From: Calcarisporiella thermophila CBS 279.70 | Lineage: Eukaryota > Fungi > Calcarisporiellomycota | Assembly (NCBI RefSeq): GCF_041956535.1 | Contig: NW_027192202.1 | Coordinates: forward strand, 391,895-455,894 | Direction: 5' to 3' | DNA: 64,000 nt | Shown: positions 1-12,286 of the stretch, one piece after another | Layout: every line of letters starts with the position of its first letter | How positions within the stretch are numbered: the stretch's first letter is position 1 | Notes under the pieces: model-generated | Told to the model about the DNA's origin: nothing | The model's database searches: none | The model's input: only the letters and a program-made list of their open reading frames with translations | Program-made: the position numbers and the translations under genes

Positions 1-1059
1 TTTAAGGGCATTCTCCGTGTCGTATTGGTTCCTCTGGGAATACGTAAATCATGCCACAGCTGAGATCTCGCACATACTCGAGCATGTTAGGTGTCGGTAG
101 GTGAAATAGTACAACAATATCGTATGATTTTCTGTGGTTTGAATCTAATCTTGATAATCGTATATCCGCCCATTCTCATTGAGGCCAATCTGATATCATC
201 AAAGCATTCCAAATTGGAAAGCCTGTAACCACGGCGTGTACACTCGCCGAAAACTACTATTTTGTAATTATGAAGCCTGAAAATTCTCTCCTGGAATAAT
301 GGTTTCTCCTGTTTTTTGGATAGCTATTATAGTACAATACTATAACTCCATCTCCTTTGAAAAAGGTATCTCATTGCGATGGATTAAATCCTAGATTCGA
401 AAAAATGTTTGCTGTTCTTCGCTCGAGATTATGGTACTAGGTTGCTATTGTCAGAGATAAACGGCAGAGAGTACTTTATTAATGAAATGGATGCTTGACA
501 TAATTCAACTTTGATCTAACTCAATTCTGGTGTGCCCAACTCACATTTTTCCAAATTGTCATTAATTGTGCTTTTATTACTTATATTTCTTAAAGTTAGA
601 GAACATCTGCTCCAGTTAAAATGCGGTGCTCTTGTTACGATACATAAAGCCTCCAGGTATTTCTGACCATTGATATAACTAGCCTGTTATATCGTGCCAA
701 TACTATAGACGTTGAATCATATTGATTTTATCCGTTTTTCACGTCGCCAAATACGCAAGTTTCTTCAGATGCTTTACTTCTTTAAACCTTGCAAATAAAA
801 TTCTAAGCACGTTAAAAATGTTAATGCGGGTTCCTATCTATCCATGATATAAGCACTTTTATCATAGGATTGAAGCTCTTCTATCGTAGCTCTGCTATTA
901 CTTTTGAAGCAGTGATAGCATGTTGAGCCTCGGTGTTCAATAAACGGTTCCTAAATAAACCTAACTGACTAATTCCAAGCCTCAATCGCACAAGTTCCGA
1001 TCGCGGACTTTTTTGCCGTGAACTCAGCTTTACCTCTGTCATCCTAGAACAAGGAAAAC

Positions 1060-2330
1060 ATGACTTCCGAATCGAAACCAATTCAGGTTGGCGCTGCCAA
1101 TACGCTAGAGTATCGTGTCTATCATGGTATGGAAGTTTTTGTCGCGATGTGGACATGAATTTGCCTTAGTACATGACGATATTATAATAGAAAAGCATGG
1201 TCATTCATCTTCATTCTTCCACGATATTCCACTCTATGCCGATAAAGAGAGAGGAATATATAATATGATTGTCGAAATACCACGTTGGACGAACGCTAAA
1301 CTTGAAGTATAAAATATCCGCTATTTTTGGTTTTGGATAAATACTTACAGTTGAGAACATAGATCTCAAAGGAAGAGCCGTTCAATCCTATTAAACAAGA
1401 TATCAAAAAAGGTAAGCTCCGCTACGTGCGCAACTGTTTTCCTCATCACGGGTACATTTGGAACTACGGAGCCTTCCCGCAGGTAAGGCGATTGTTACGC
1501 GTCAGATACTAGGTAGTATTCCAAAATAGAAGCTTTTATAGACATGGGAAGATCCAAATTTGATCCACCCTGAGACGAAGGCCCGTGGTGATAATGATCC
1601 TCTTGACGTGTGTGAAATCGGTGAGCAGGTTGGATATACTGGTCAGGTGAAACAGGTTAAAGTGCTTGGAGTGATGGCGTTGATTGATGAGGGGGAGACT
1701 GATTGGAAAGTGATTGTGATTGATGTTAACGATCCGCTTGCGAACAAACTCAATGGTGATTATTCGTAATATCCGTACGCTCGAGGTTTTTTTCGCTAAA
1801 AAAAACTATTTCATCGTTAGATATTGAGGATGTTGAAAGGCATCTCCCCGGACTTATCCGTGCGACCAACGAATGGTTCCGCATCTATAAAATTCCTGAC
1901 GGTAAGCCTGAGAATCAGTTTGCCTTCAGTGGCGAGGCGAAAAACAAGGTGACTTAAAACATTTCAACGACGATGTCAAATTAAGATTTGAGATTGTATT
2001 CTCCTATCCCTTTAGAAATATGCCCTGGATGTAATTAATGAGTGCCATGAAGCATGGAAACGTCTTATTACGGGCGTCATACCCCCTAAGACAGAGAAAC
2101 ACAATATTCAAGTGTAAGCTTTGCGATTACGACTGCTGAGCTATAAGATGGCTGATATTTAGTTTGTATACTTTCGATGTAGCCTAAATCTCACCGTTGA
2201 AAACAGTCCCTACAGGGTGGCACCTGATAACAACGTGGTCCCCAATATATCCAGAGAGCATGCGAAACCTGCAGCACCCATTGACCCTTCGATTGATAAG
2301 TGGTTTTTTCTTTCAGGGAATCAAATATAG
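1060..2330 (+). CDS. IPP1: Inorganic pyrophosphatase, family I (multi-exon)
   Basis: Spliced exons give [21 protein letters not shown]..., [63 protein letters not shown], and end [16 protein letters not shown]. Introns are GT-AG. Confidence 0.97.
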
Positions 2331-3019
2331 CGCCTCACTGTTGTCCCTCAAAGGCCATCTCTAAGCTATGAGTCGGGGTTAAGCGGAAAAATAAACCTAC
2401 TAATTGTGCTGATATAATGAATAAGTTTTTGGAAGTCTCCATTATATTATATTGTGATATAATTTGGTTTCAAAAAGATAGGCTCTTCTGCAATCACTGG
2501 ACAATATTGATCAAGCTTTAGTCCATGATAATATCAGGTCTCTTTCTATCATTAGGCTCCGGAAGCAAAATTAAAGTGGAACATCAGCTATTGAGCAGCT
2601 TGTGATGTCTGCGCAAGCTCCCAAGTTACTGGAACCACCAAGTTGGAAACCTTACTGTATATTTAGAGAAATCCCCCGAATTCAAACTTTCTTGGGAATA
2701 ATTTCCGGGTGCAAAATCAAGTGGCGATAACTAGGTCAAAGAACATCTGAAATGCAGTGGCTATAGCGGCCTTGTTAATGATGATATAGAATGGCGATGG
2801 AAGATTGGAAAGGGAGAATAAGCTTTCCCTATTTTTAGAACAAAGTACATTAGTGGCAGTATTTTTGAAACGATTTAATTTAAATCCTAATTTACACAGC
2901 GATTCTATTGAATTTTCTTTGGAATTTTATTTTGCTTACGCCGCCAGCCCACACGGACCGGCCCCCCAAAAAGTTTCTCCATCTTTGAGAATTGATCGGA
3001 TCATCCCTATGTCACGAAG

Positions 3020-4501
3020 ATGAACGGCATAGAGCAACTTCCATGCTATGAGCAAGCTATAAACAATACCCCTCATTCAGGACAATTGCATTCATCTACC
3101 GGATCAACCGCATTGTTAGATTTAGAGGGCGGGCATGCATCACTTGGCCACATACCCTCCGAACTCAACTTTGAAATGGAGTTGGTCGGCGAACCAACTT
3201 TACGCTCCCCTAGATATCTCTGCGGCACTATGCTCGCGGGGCGGTACCTTTTACTTGGCCATGCGCGAGGCTTGGATGTTGTCGATATCTCTCTTAGAAA
3301 TAACGCTAAAAGAAAGGTTATAATCGAAGGAACGCGATTTAAGCAATTGCGAGTGGTTGAAGAGTGTAACATTATGTTGGCGTTAGCAGGAAGAACAAAT
3401 CAGATCCGATGCTATAATTTAGATGCAATTTTGAATATGATTGAAGGAGCAACACCCAATTCACCAATTTCCGAGAATTCGAGATTTACATCGAATTCCA
3501 ACATTCAAAATGGAAGGGACCCCATCACCAGCGGTAATGAACAGAATGGAAACCATCACAGAGAGTTCGCGTTAGCTTCTTCATCTTCCAACAAGCGATT
3601 AAAGAATAAAGAGTCTGAATATTTCAAAATCCCTGAAACCGAAGAGTCTCGCCTATTTGACGTAAAAACCACACCCGCATTCGCATATCTTATTGTTCTC
3701 TCGGATGCAAAGACAATCAAACTCTTCCAGCGCTCAGATGGCCCTTCACTTCAGCCATTTGTAAAGTTGAAGTCGTTCTGGGTTCCCAGCGATCCTGTCT
3801 ATGTCGCATTGGCTCACGATCGTCTCAAGCAACCACAGAATATTATTGCAGTGTTCTCGGAAGGGGGAGCAAGTTTGATCGATTTACGAGAGAGTACTGT
3901 CAAGGAGGTAAAGGTTTCTAGTAGCGTATTTCATCCGCCCCCCTCAGTCTCTTCAATGCCGCGATATTTATCCCAATCGCCGCCAAAGAACGAAAAGCGC
4001 AAGGAAACCGTTGGTTCTTGGTGCTCGCTTGTTCAGACCCCTTTTGATATTTCAGTCATTGATCCCGGGCATATAGAACCCGACTCTTCGTTTCCACCGC
4101 CCTCTTACGATTCGGCCCTCCTCGAGGCAGAGCCTGACCTAACTGCTAGATCCCCTTTGCTCTACCTTGCTACCCGTGGGAGACGATCTCGTATCATCGA
4201 CCATCGTGGTCTGCCTTTTTCCACCCTCGTTTATGAGTGGTCCGACTCTCCTCGCCACTTCGAATTCTTCCAACCAAGCCCCTCCTCCGCTTATATCATC
4301 GCGTTCCTGAGTTCAAGCATTGAGATTATAGATGTGAACTCACACACCTCGTTGCAACTCGTGAGAGGAGTCCCCTTCCAATTCCTTACGAATTATCACC
4401 CATCCGAAGAGAAGCCCAGTGGTTTCCCCGGAGTGTATTGGTGCTGCTTTTTGAAAGATAAAACCCATCTCTATCGAATCAAACCACACATGAGCCAGTA
4501 G
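3020..4501 (+). CDS. Intronless standalone CNH (citron-homology) domain protein, 493 aa, with PY-type motifs
   Basis: YLLLGHARGL...RFKQLRVVEECNIMLALAGRTNQIRCYNL and the C-terminal WSDSP...YIIAFLSSSIEI resemble CNH beta-propeller motifs. No kinase or GEF domain in the ORF. Confidence 0.75.
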   Translation: MNGIEQLPCYEQAINNTPHSGQLHSSTGSTALLDLEGGHASLGHIPSELNFEMELVGEPTLRSPRYLCGTMLAGRYLLLGHARGLDVVDISLRNNAKRKVIIEGTRFKQLRVVEECNIMLALAGRTNQIRCYNLDAILNMIEGATPNSPISENSRFTSNSNIQNGRDPITSGNEQNGNHHREFALASSSSNKRLKNKESEYFKIPETEESRLFDVKTTPAFAYLIVLSDAKTIKLFQRSDGPSLQPFVKLKSFWVPSDPVYVALAHDRLKQPQNIIAVFSEGGASLIDLRESTVKEVKVSSSVFHPPPSVSSMPRYLSQSPPKNEKRKETVGSWCSLVQTPFDISVIDPGHIEPDSSFPPPSYDSALLEAEPDLTARSPLLYLATRGRRSRIIDHRGLPFSTLVYEWSDSPRHFEFFQPSPSSAYIIAFLSSSIEIIDVNSHTSLQLVRGVPFQFLTNYHPSEEKPSGFPGVYWCCFLKDKTHLYRIKPHMSQ

Positions 4502-4947
4502 CTCTCTTGTCTCAAACCCACCATGTTGTCAACTGGTTTGGTTAGAGTCGCTATAGAAAAAAAGGGTCTTGGAGTGGGTGGAGGGAGGAATTAACCGAGC
4601 TTATAAGGGGAGGGGGAATTTCACCAGGATGTTTTTTTGTATTGATATTTTATTTCACCTTGTTTATTTTGTCGTTTGTCAGTTATGAACCATCTCATGT
4701 AGTTGCATCTGGATGCAGTCTTCAGTCTTATCAAATTGCTATCTCAACACTCTAAATATACCAAGTATATATGATGTACAGAAATACAAGATCGAAATGG
4801 GGCAAAGGCAGGAGATATAAAATAAAATATACTCTCAACAAGTGTTAGTACATGGAAACGAGGGTTTGTCTTTTTTCAGTGCCAATATAAAAATAGCTGG
4901 AATTATCGCCGAAGATGGCCTCCCCCAAAATCAGGATGCTGTGACCA

Positions 4948-7556
4948 CTAACCGTCTCCACCATCCATGGCCCGTTCGTCGTTGAATCGGTCTCGGTTCC
5001 TATACCGCATTTGGAATCCTTGATTTTCTAGGGTGGAAGGTCTCATCTCTCTCCTCTCCGGCTCCGGGATCCATTGCACCGCGGGAGCCCCATGGCCGCC
5101 CACACTGTTGACGTGCACAGGTTGAGGAGGCAGAGTATATCCGATCCCAAGTTCAGTGAGCATGTCTTTGACAGCCAGCGCAAAACGTGTCTTGTTTGCA
5201 AATCGTTTACCCTGATCTTGCCAGTTGGATTTGTGCTCCACACAGAAACTCAGGTTTATCTTGTTCACATTCCACATGTCCATGAATCCAATATCGAATC
5301 CAGGGGAAAAGTCGCGGGCACCCTCCGTGAGAAGCCAATGGCGCACTCGATCTCGCAGCTCCATGATCAGCTCGCGAGGGGTGTTGAAGTTGACTTGGGC
5401 AAATATCGACTCGGCCATGTTACCCGACCGCCTGACATTCTCTATATTTTTGGTGCTAAGCACCTTGTTCGGCATGTATATGATCTGGCCATCCCAGCGA
5501 CTAAAAAAAAAAAAAAGCAAAGCCAAATGATTAAAATAGGAATGGGGTAACAGCTACCGTCGAGCAGTTTTATACATACACCATAACAGTTGTCATCAAA
5601 CCAATATTTTTAACTATATAGTGCGTGTAGGCGGTGTTTTCACCGAGATACACTCTGTCACCCACGTCAAACGGATGCTGTAATATAGAGAAGCAGATCA
5701 GCATATACCAGCGGAGGAAATAGAATAAAAAAGCCGATGGTGCTTTACCGTTACGAATAAGAAAATGATGTTATTGAATAGATCCTTTGCCGTTCCACCG
5801 AACAAAAAGTTCAGAGCCACAAAGGCAGAGGTATAGGGTACGAGGGAGCTCCATATATCGGTGTTGAAAATGGCAAGGAAAATAAACAGAATAATCAAAA
5901 ATGCAATGACCATGAAAATAATATCCAATTTTCCAACCGCTTGACTGACATCACGCAAAGAATTAGCCAGGTAGCGGCGCTCTTTGTAGATAAAATGCAC
6001 AATATCGAGCATTTCAGAGCGGGAAATATCGCCGTTGCCATCACGGTCGAAAATTGCAAACGCGCGTTTCGCCTCATCTTCATCGTGGTTGAAGTAAGGA
6101 AGGAAATCCTCTGCAACAAGATAGCTGCGATTGCCTTGAAGTCCAGTGAAGAGTTTGCGCGCAATCTTGGCAGCTTGACGAGACGAGTGAATCTCTCGAG
6201 TTTGTGCAAGATCCTTATTCTCTGCCATGGCTATATTCGTCAGCTTCTTATTGATTGCGGAGAGGAAAACAGGGGGGTTTTTGGTAATGAAAAAGGGTGA
6301 TTCTTGATTTCGTCCGGTAGAGTAGCCAACATTGGTTTGCGAACGATCTGCATTCGGATTCTCGGTGTCGGCGCGATAAATTTGGAGCGCAATATCATCA
6401 CGATATTCACCGGTATTTTCGCTGCTATTTCGCCTCGTGCTGTTTCCAGTGCTAGTGCCATCAGCAGTATTAAAGCGAGAGGCTTTAGGTCTGCGCTTTC
6501 GAAGGAGCCCATCTGTTCTGAATTTGTTGTTGGATTTCATAAGCTTATCAAGCACTAATAATAGAAGATTAGCTAATTAGTCTAGGAGATTCTCAGGGAG
6601 AGGACTCACCTCGCAAAGCGTATTTGTTTTCCTTGATACGGTCTTTATATGCAGATTGGTGAAAACGTATGGCTAATACATAGATTAAAACAATCAGTTT
6701 CCAGGAAATCAGCGCATTTCCTAAAAAAAACCTACCGATAAGTTGGACCAGAAACTTCTCGGCCAAAAGGATGATTGAACTTCCAAAGAGTGCTCGGAAT
6801 ATGTCATATATGCGTATATAATCGCTAAGTTGGCTCATCTCAACGAATATGATATTTGTCAAGAACGCAAAGCTACCCCACATCCATGCAACAACAATAG
6901 CAACGATAATCCAGGTACGAACCCCAATAAAGTACTGAAAAAAATAAAAAAAAAAGAGTGAGAAGATATGAGATAGTGTAGAAAAGCAAAGCAAGTACCT
7001 CAAGCCGTAATTTCAACCACTCTGGACACTGACCCCAGAATCGTTTAGTTACAGTTACTACGATTTTAGGTAGGACTTGTACCCAGAAGTATGTAATCCA
7101 AGTTATGCCCTAAAAGTAGCTTTGGTCTTAATAAAAAAAAAAGCAACTGTGACCAAGAAAAGATGAATATACCCAAATCCAAGCTGCCCAAAAACTCCAT
7201 AATTCTATTGACCGCTTGGTGAATTCCTGCGATGGATCTAACATTACGAAGTGCGCAACTATTCCTGGCGCCACTAGAATCGAAGCACCTATTGTACCGC
7301 CGACCAACGAGCGCATGAATGGCGAGAGCCGAGCAAACCCACGAGCAGTCTGACGCTTCTTTTTGCGGTAATCAGGATCATCGATTTCGGTCTCAATCCG
7401 AGCTTCCCAATCGAAAGTCTCATCCTCGGAATTCTCATTCGAATCCGTTTGCGGGATTAGGCCGTTGCGATCGGAAACAGCCTGCGGGTCAGGCGAAGGC
7501 TGAGGTAGAGGATTCGAAGAGGGATGTAGCTGAGGTTGCGAAGGGGCGCTCGCCAT
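4948..7556 (-). CDS. MscS-family mechanosensitive channel with EF-hand (Msy1/Msy2-like), multi-exon
   Basis: TM helices, AIRFHQSAYKDRIKENK, EF-hand DRDGNGDISRSE, IIFLFVTHPFDVGDRV, RWDGQIIYMPNKVLSTKNIENVRRSG, HKSNWQD. Confidence 0.93.
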
Positions 7557-8471
7557 AGCGAGGGAAATCAGATTTGGTAAGGATGGAGGAGAGATAGGGG
7601 GAAAGAGTGTGGTACAGAGTTAGGAGACGACTAGTCAAGGAATGAAGAGTCTGTGTGAAAGGCGAGCGAGAAGGAATTTAATTGAATTCCTTTGATCGAT
7701 TAGTTCCGACGCAAAATTAGTAACACAGAGCCGGGCCCCGGAGCTTACTTCTAGTCCATCAATTAATTAAATAGCTTCACCCATCTCTGTACCTATCTTT
7801 CTGATTCTTCTATTAATATCCAGTATGCTCTGAGCCTCGACTTGGCGCTCTGTCTGAGATTGAGCCTTCTCTCGTTGCGGCCACCCACACCTGTAGAAGC
7901 AAACAGCGAAGCCCTCCTATTAGCACTGTGCGGTATTGTCGATACCTTGTATCATGATTCTCCGCCGTTAGCTCCAAATGCCTTATGTCCAGCGCTGCAT
8001 CCCTAGATAACAACCCAGTTAGTAGAGCTAATCATGGTGCGACAATACATGTGTTTGACACACCGATGAGAATATTTCAGAACTGTGTCGTGCTCTCTCA
8101 AGCTGGCACGATTCTTTTCCCAACCGTTTCAAATTCTAAGCAAGATCAGCCTTATAAAATTGTACGCATTTTTCCTCACTAGTGACTCTGCCGAGCCTAA
8201 CCGTTTCGTCTTTGAATCGTGACAGATATGTAATGCTCGTGTTCCGCCACATTTGCAAACTGTGATCATCCCGAAGAAAGAGATATTCATTGCCTAATGC
8301 TTAACCAGTTGGGTTTCGAGAATGTCGCAGGGATTTGGTCGACTGAATAAAATTGTTTTTCAAAAGGACTGGTTATTCGTTCGCTCGAAATGCTCGAGTC
8401 CAATTGGCCTTTAAGCCATTATATCGGTCAAAATCGTTGATATTGTTCGCCACAGTGACTTTCATTTTCAA

Positions 8472-8492
8472 GTAAATATTAATTCAGTCACA
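8472..8492. promoter_or_regulatory. Homol-D-like box CAGTCACA (8485-8492) plus forkhead-like GTAAATA upstream of the PPR gene
   Basis: Exact CAGTCACA about 30 nt before ATG 8523; the motif recurs in other promoters in this window. Confidence 0.5.
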
Positions 8493-8522
8493 GCTACTGT
8501 TCAGTGCAACTTCGAGACCTCA

Positions 8523-10867
8523 ATGTTACGCTTTCCACGATTGCTCTCACGCAGGCAATCGCCGCTACCGGCAAGCTCTTTTCGAACTACTACAATATGT
8601 CCTAAATGCTCGCTTCTTGTTCGAAGAAATTATGCTACCAAAGAGAAAACGTAATTCTTTTCGTATGGAATGTATATATGAATTGATGGCTCATTTTTAT
8701 TTATTAGGACCTTGGAGGAAAAATCAAGGTTGTTGGAAGTAGAGATTCGAAAACTAGAAGCAAAACTAGAGCTCGCTGGAAAGCCGGGAACAAATGTAGG
8801 TCTTATTTTTTATGATGTCTTATTTTTGATGCTTACTGGTCCCAATTTAATCTTAGGTACAACATTCAAATCAGCCAGCTAGCGATCCTGCAGAAGTTTA
8901 TAAAGCATTGACACAACCAGAGCAAATCGTCACTGCTACCAACAAAAGGCGCATACCATCTGATTTCCTTGAAAATCTTCGAGTCTCTTTTCTTGACACT
9001 CACGCATTGCGTCCACCAGCTGATCTGACAGCTATGAGCGCAGATGCAGGTCTTGACGAGATTAAAACTGCACTAATTGAAGAATCCTCGAATGTATCTT
9101 CTTCGCCCTCTGCTAGTGTTGATATACAGCAATTTCACAAACTCATCTATGCTAATTCTCTTGCAAAACGGCCAAAAGAGGCAGAAGAGGCGCTGTCTCT
9201 AATGGTAGAGTTTGGGCTCCAGCCGGACGCACGAGCTTATTCACATCTTCTCGATGCCTATGCAAATGCTCACGATACAAAAGGCGCTTTCGATGTCTTT
9301 CGGCGTATGTGTGATGCTGGATTCGTGCCTGATACCCACACGTATGGGGGATTGATCAAGGTGCTTCTCAAGGACCAAAGACTGGATGATGCTTTCCGTA
9401 TATATGAAAGGATGAAGCGCGAGAAAGTTGAAGCCACCCAACCCATTTTTGATATGCTTGTCAGAGGATGCATTGCAAACGGAGATTTGCATCGAGCTTG
9501 GAAGACTTTTGATCATATGCGTTTAGAGGTATGCCAGCCAGACGTGGTGATGTATACGAACATGATTGTCGCATGCGCAGAGGTAAGCGGTTTCTAAACA
9601 ATTATTTTTAAAAAGGTTTTTTATACATATTTTAATTTAAAAAAAAATACTCTCATAGAATCAAGAAGTTGAGCGTGCCCTTAACCTATTCACTGAAATG
9701 ACGACTACTTATAATTTAACACCTACTGATGTGACCTTTAATGCCCTTATACACGCTTGTGCCAAACGTAAAGACTACTTTCAGGACGCATTCAACTTGC
9801 TACGCCAAATGGAATCCCATGGTTTTCGCCCTGATACATACACGTTTAACTCACTATTAAGTGCATGCACCAGATGTGGTGCATTGCATCTTGCTCGAAA
9901 AGTGTTTGCGGACATGGTAAAGAGAGTAAATGAGGGCGACGAAAGGGCAATGCCCAATGAAGTAACCTGGACCTCATTGCTTTACAACTACGCCTACTAT
10001 CGTCCCTCTAAAACACGCCCATCATCGCAGGAGGACACACCAAAGAAGTCGGGGGGTGAGGGAAAGTTGGGCCTCGCTCTGCAATCTGAAGCACATCCAC
10101 TTTTAAATTTGGTACCCCATACTCAAGCTGAAGTTCTCGCAGAAGCCCGTGCTATTTTCGCGCATATCGTTTCGTTAAGCTCGCTTCCTGAGAAGGATCT
10201 GAATCATCTCAAACTAACTACTTGGCTTTTGAATGCATATATCACCGTTTTTGCATCACATGATCGCCAGGAAGCATTTCGTATTTTCGAAGACCAGTTT
10301 GCGCAATTTGGTTTGGAGCCAGATGGCCATACATGTGTCAGGGTGCTGCAGGCGTGTTACGAAGAGCGGGACGTAGATATGGCTTGGAAAGTGTGGGGAA
10401 AATACCAAGATTGGTGGCAGGAGACACAAGAACAAACGCACGAGGATGGTGTTGAGGGTAGAGGGTCTGCTGTGCAGCTCAAGGGAGGAATTAGGGAGGA
10501 TCAAGCTCGCCGAATCCAGTATGATGCCTATCGTTGGATGATTAATACCCTTGCAGTTGGAAACGAATTGACTCGCGCAGTAAGGCTACTTTCTACTTTG
10601 TCCCACAGTATGGCTGACTGGCCCTCCCGCCGGGTCAAATCTCCCGTCAATCTCCCTAGCCATCCCTTACTCTCCGACTTCAAAACACTCTATGTCAAAA
10701 GCGTTCAATTGGAAGATAGAGCTTCACGTGCCGCAATACTCAAGCTATGTCCGCCGGTGAAAGATGAGGTGGCCAATACTCTCAGGAAAAAATGGACGGG
10801 TGGAAAGGGGAAGAAGTTTGCGGTGGGAGACAAAACTAGAAAGCGTGTGATAAAAGATGGGGCGTGA
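8523..10867 (+). CDS. Mitochondrial pentatricopeptide-repeat protein (CCM1-like), 4 exons
   Basis: Arg/Ser-rich presequence MLRFPRLLSRRQSP...RRNYAT. Tandem PPR motifs include PDARAYSHLLDAYA, PDTHTYGGLIK, PDVVMYTNMIVACA, PTDVTFNALIHACAKR and PDTYTFNSLLSAC. Confidence 0.9.
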
Positions 10868-10958
10868 GCCTATCCCTTTTGCATTTGTATATCTGTTTAT
10901 ATAATCCAGCAATGATTTTACAAATTGTAAAATTTATTGAAATACAACGGATTTTTTC

Positions 10959-12034
10959 CTATGATTTCAAGTCAAGCTGCACGTTCATGATTCCAGAGAC
11001 CGAATTGAAAATCTTGATTCCTCTTCCCTCCTATTTTTTGGAGAGTAAGTCACCAAAGATGGGATGAAGAAGGAATGTAAAAAAAAAAATATACCTTTGA
11101 AGCCTTGGCTAATTCTACTACTGTTACAATTCCACACTGGATTTCTCCCTTCTCCAACAATTCCGAGCGCATTGTTCCCGCCAAACAACCTTCATATAAA
11201 GCCATAAATTAACAGCCCTCCCCCCACCCCCCTTTACGAACATAGATTGTTTCCAACTTACCACACTCAACCGATGGAGTTATCCATGTCCCATCCTCCA
11301 TCTCTACTGCGATATTGCAAATGGATGTCTCGGTTATCTCTCCGCGTTCGTTATAAAGGACTACATCTTGATACGTTGCCGGAACATCTTACCCCCCCCC
11401 CAAAAAAAAAAAATTAAGTGTATTAAAGACATATGAAACGTGCCACCGAAGAGTAAATATTTACCAGCTCTTGCGCGTGCTCTTTCATAGTAGGGTCGAT
11501 GGGTTGTCTTGTGACGAAGGAAGATATCTTCGCTCGAGACAGGTTGTGTATCGAGAACTATAGTTGGATCTATGTGCACATTCTTAGGGGTTATCATTCA
11601 TTCGATCCAGCGGCATTGAGAGATGTGTACCTGTCCGTGCATTCGCTATTAATGGGTACGCTTCAACTATCAGGCCACCAGTTTTATCCACTAAGACTCT
11701 GACCTATAAAATTATAATCAATGATCTTGTAACGTGGCGAAATCCACACTGTTACATCTATTGCAGACCTTTTGGGGTATATCACCATGCTGTTTAACTC
11801 TCTCTTGCATCTCTTTCTCAATTTTGTTGGAAGAAGGTGCGTTTATCTCGAAAAATTGGGCAGAAGCCAGAAGTCGGTTAAAGTGGCGATCGAGAAGATA
11901 GAAGCCTAATGAGAAAACCAGTTAAATTTATAGAGAGACTTCTACTTTCCAAGAGCGATGGACACTCTACCTTTGCCTGGCTCGTAGAGTATTGTCTCTA
12001 GTAGTTTGAAATCGATTGTTTTGCTCGTTGGCAT
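10959..12034 (-). CDS. Aminotransferase class IV / 4-amino-4-deoxychorismate lyase-like protein (ABZ2/PabC-like), multi-exon
   Basis: Spliced: MPTSKTIDFKLLETILYEPGK-GFYLLDRHFNRL..., FLRHKTTHRPYYERAR, LYNERGEITETSICNIA, WITPSVEC-GCLAGTMRSELL, IFNSVSGIMNVQLDLKS*. These are fold-type IV PLP enzyme motifs. Confidence 0.85.
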
Positions 12035-12286
12035 TTCAAAATGTCAATATTTCTTCCTCACCTGGTCTCACTACTATATATTGTCCCAGAATGGTCCTAT
12101 TTCAGAAGCAATGTCCCAATGATTTGATTCAATATTCGATCCACAATAGTCCTCACTATAGTTTTCAAAAAGGGGCCATTTGAAAAACACATTATATATT
12201 TTATATTTTGTAAATTAAATATCATACAAGGATTATATTGAAATTTTAGAACAGAGTGGGGTAGTATAGTTTATAGAGTTTAGAGA

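Noticed and set aside
1-800. Possible minus-strand gene or remnant at the window start
   Set aside because: Only short open frames (e.g. DIVVLFHLPTPNMLEYVRDLSCG) interrupted by stops; I could not assemble a consistent spliced model or recognise a family.
818-1059. Upstream mitochondrial-presequence exon for IPP1
   Set aside because: There is an in-frame TAG at 1045-1047, and the splice combinations tried from ATG 818 or 920 give stops or a peptide unlike a presequence.
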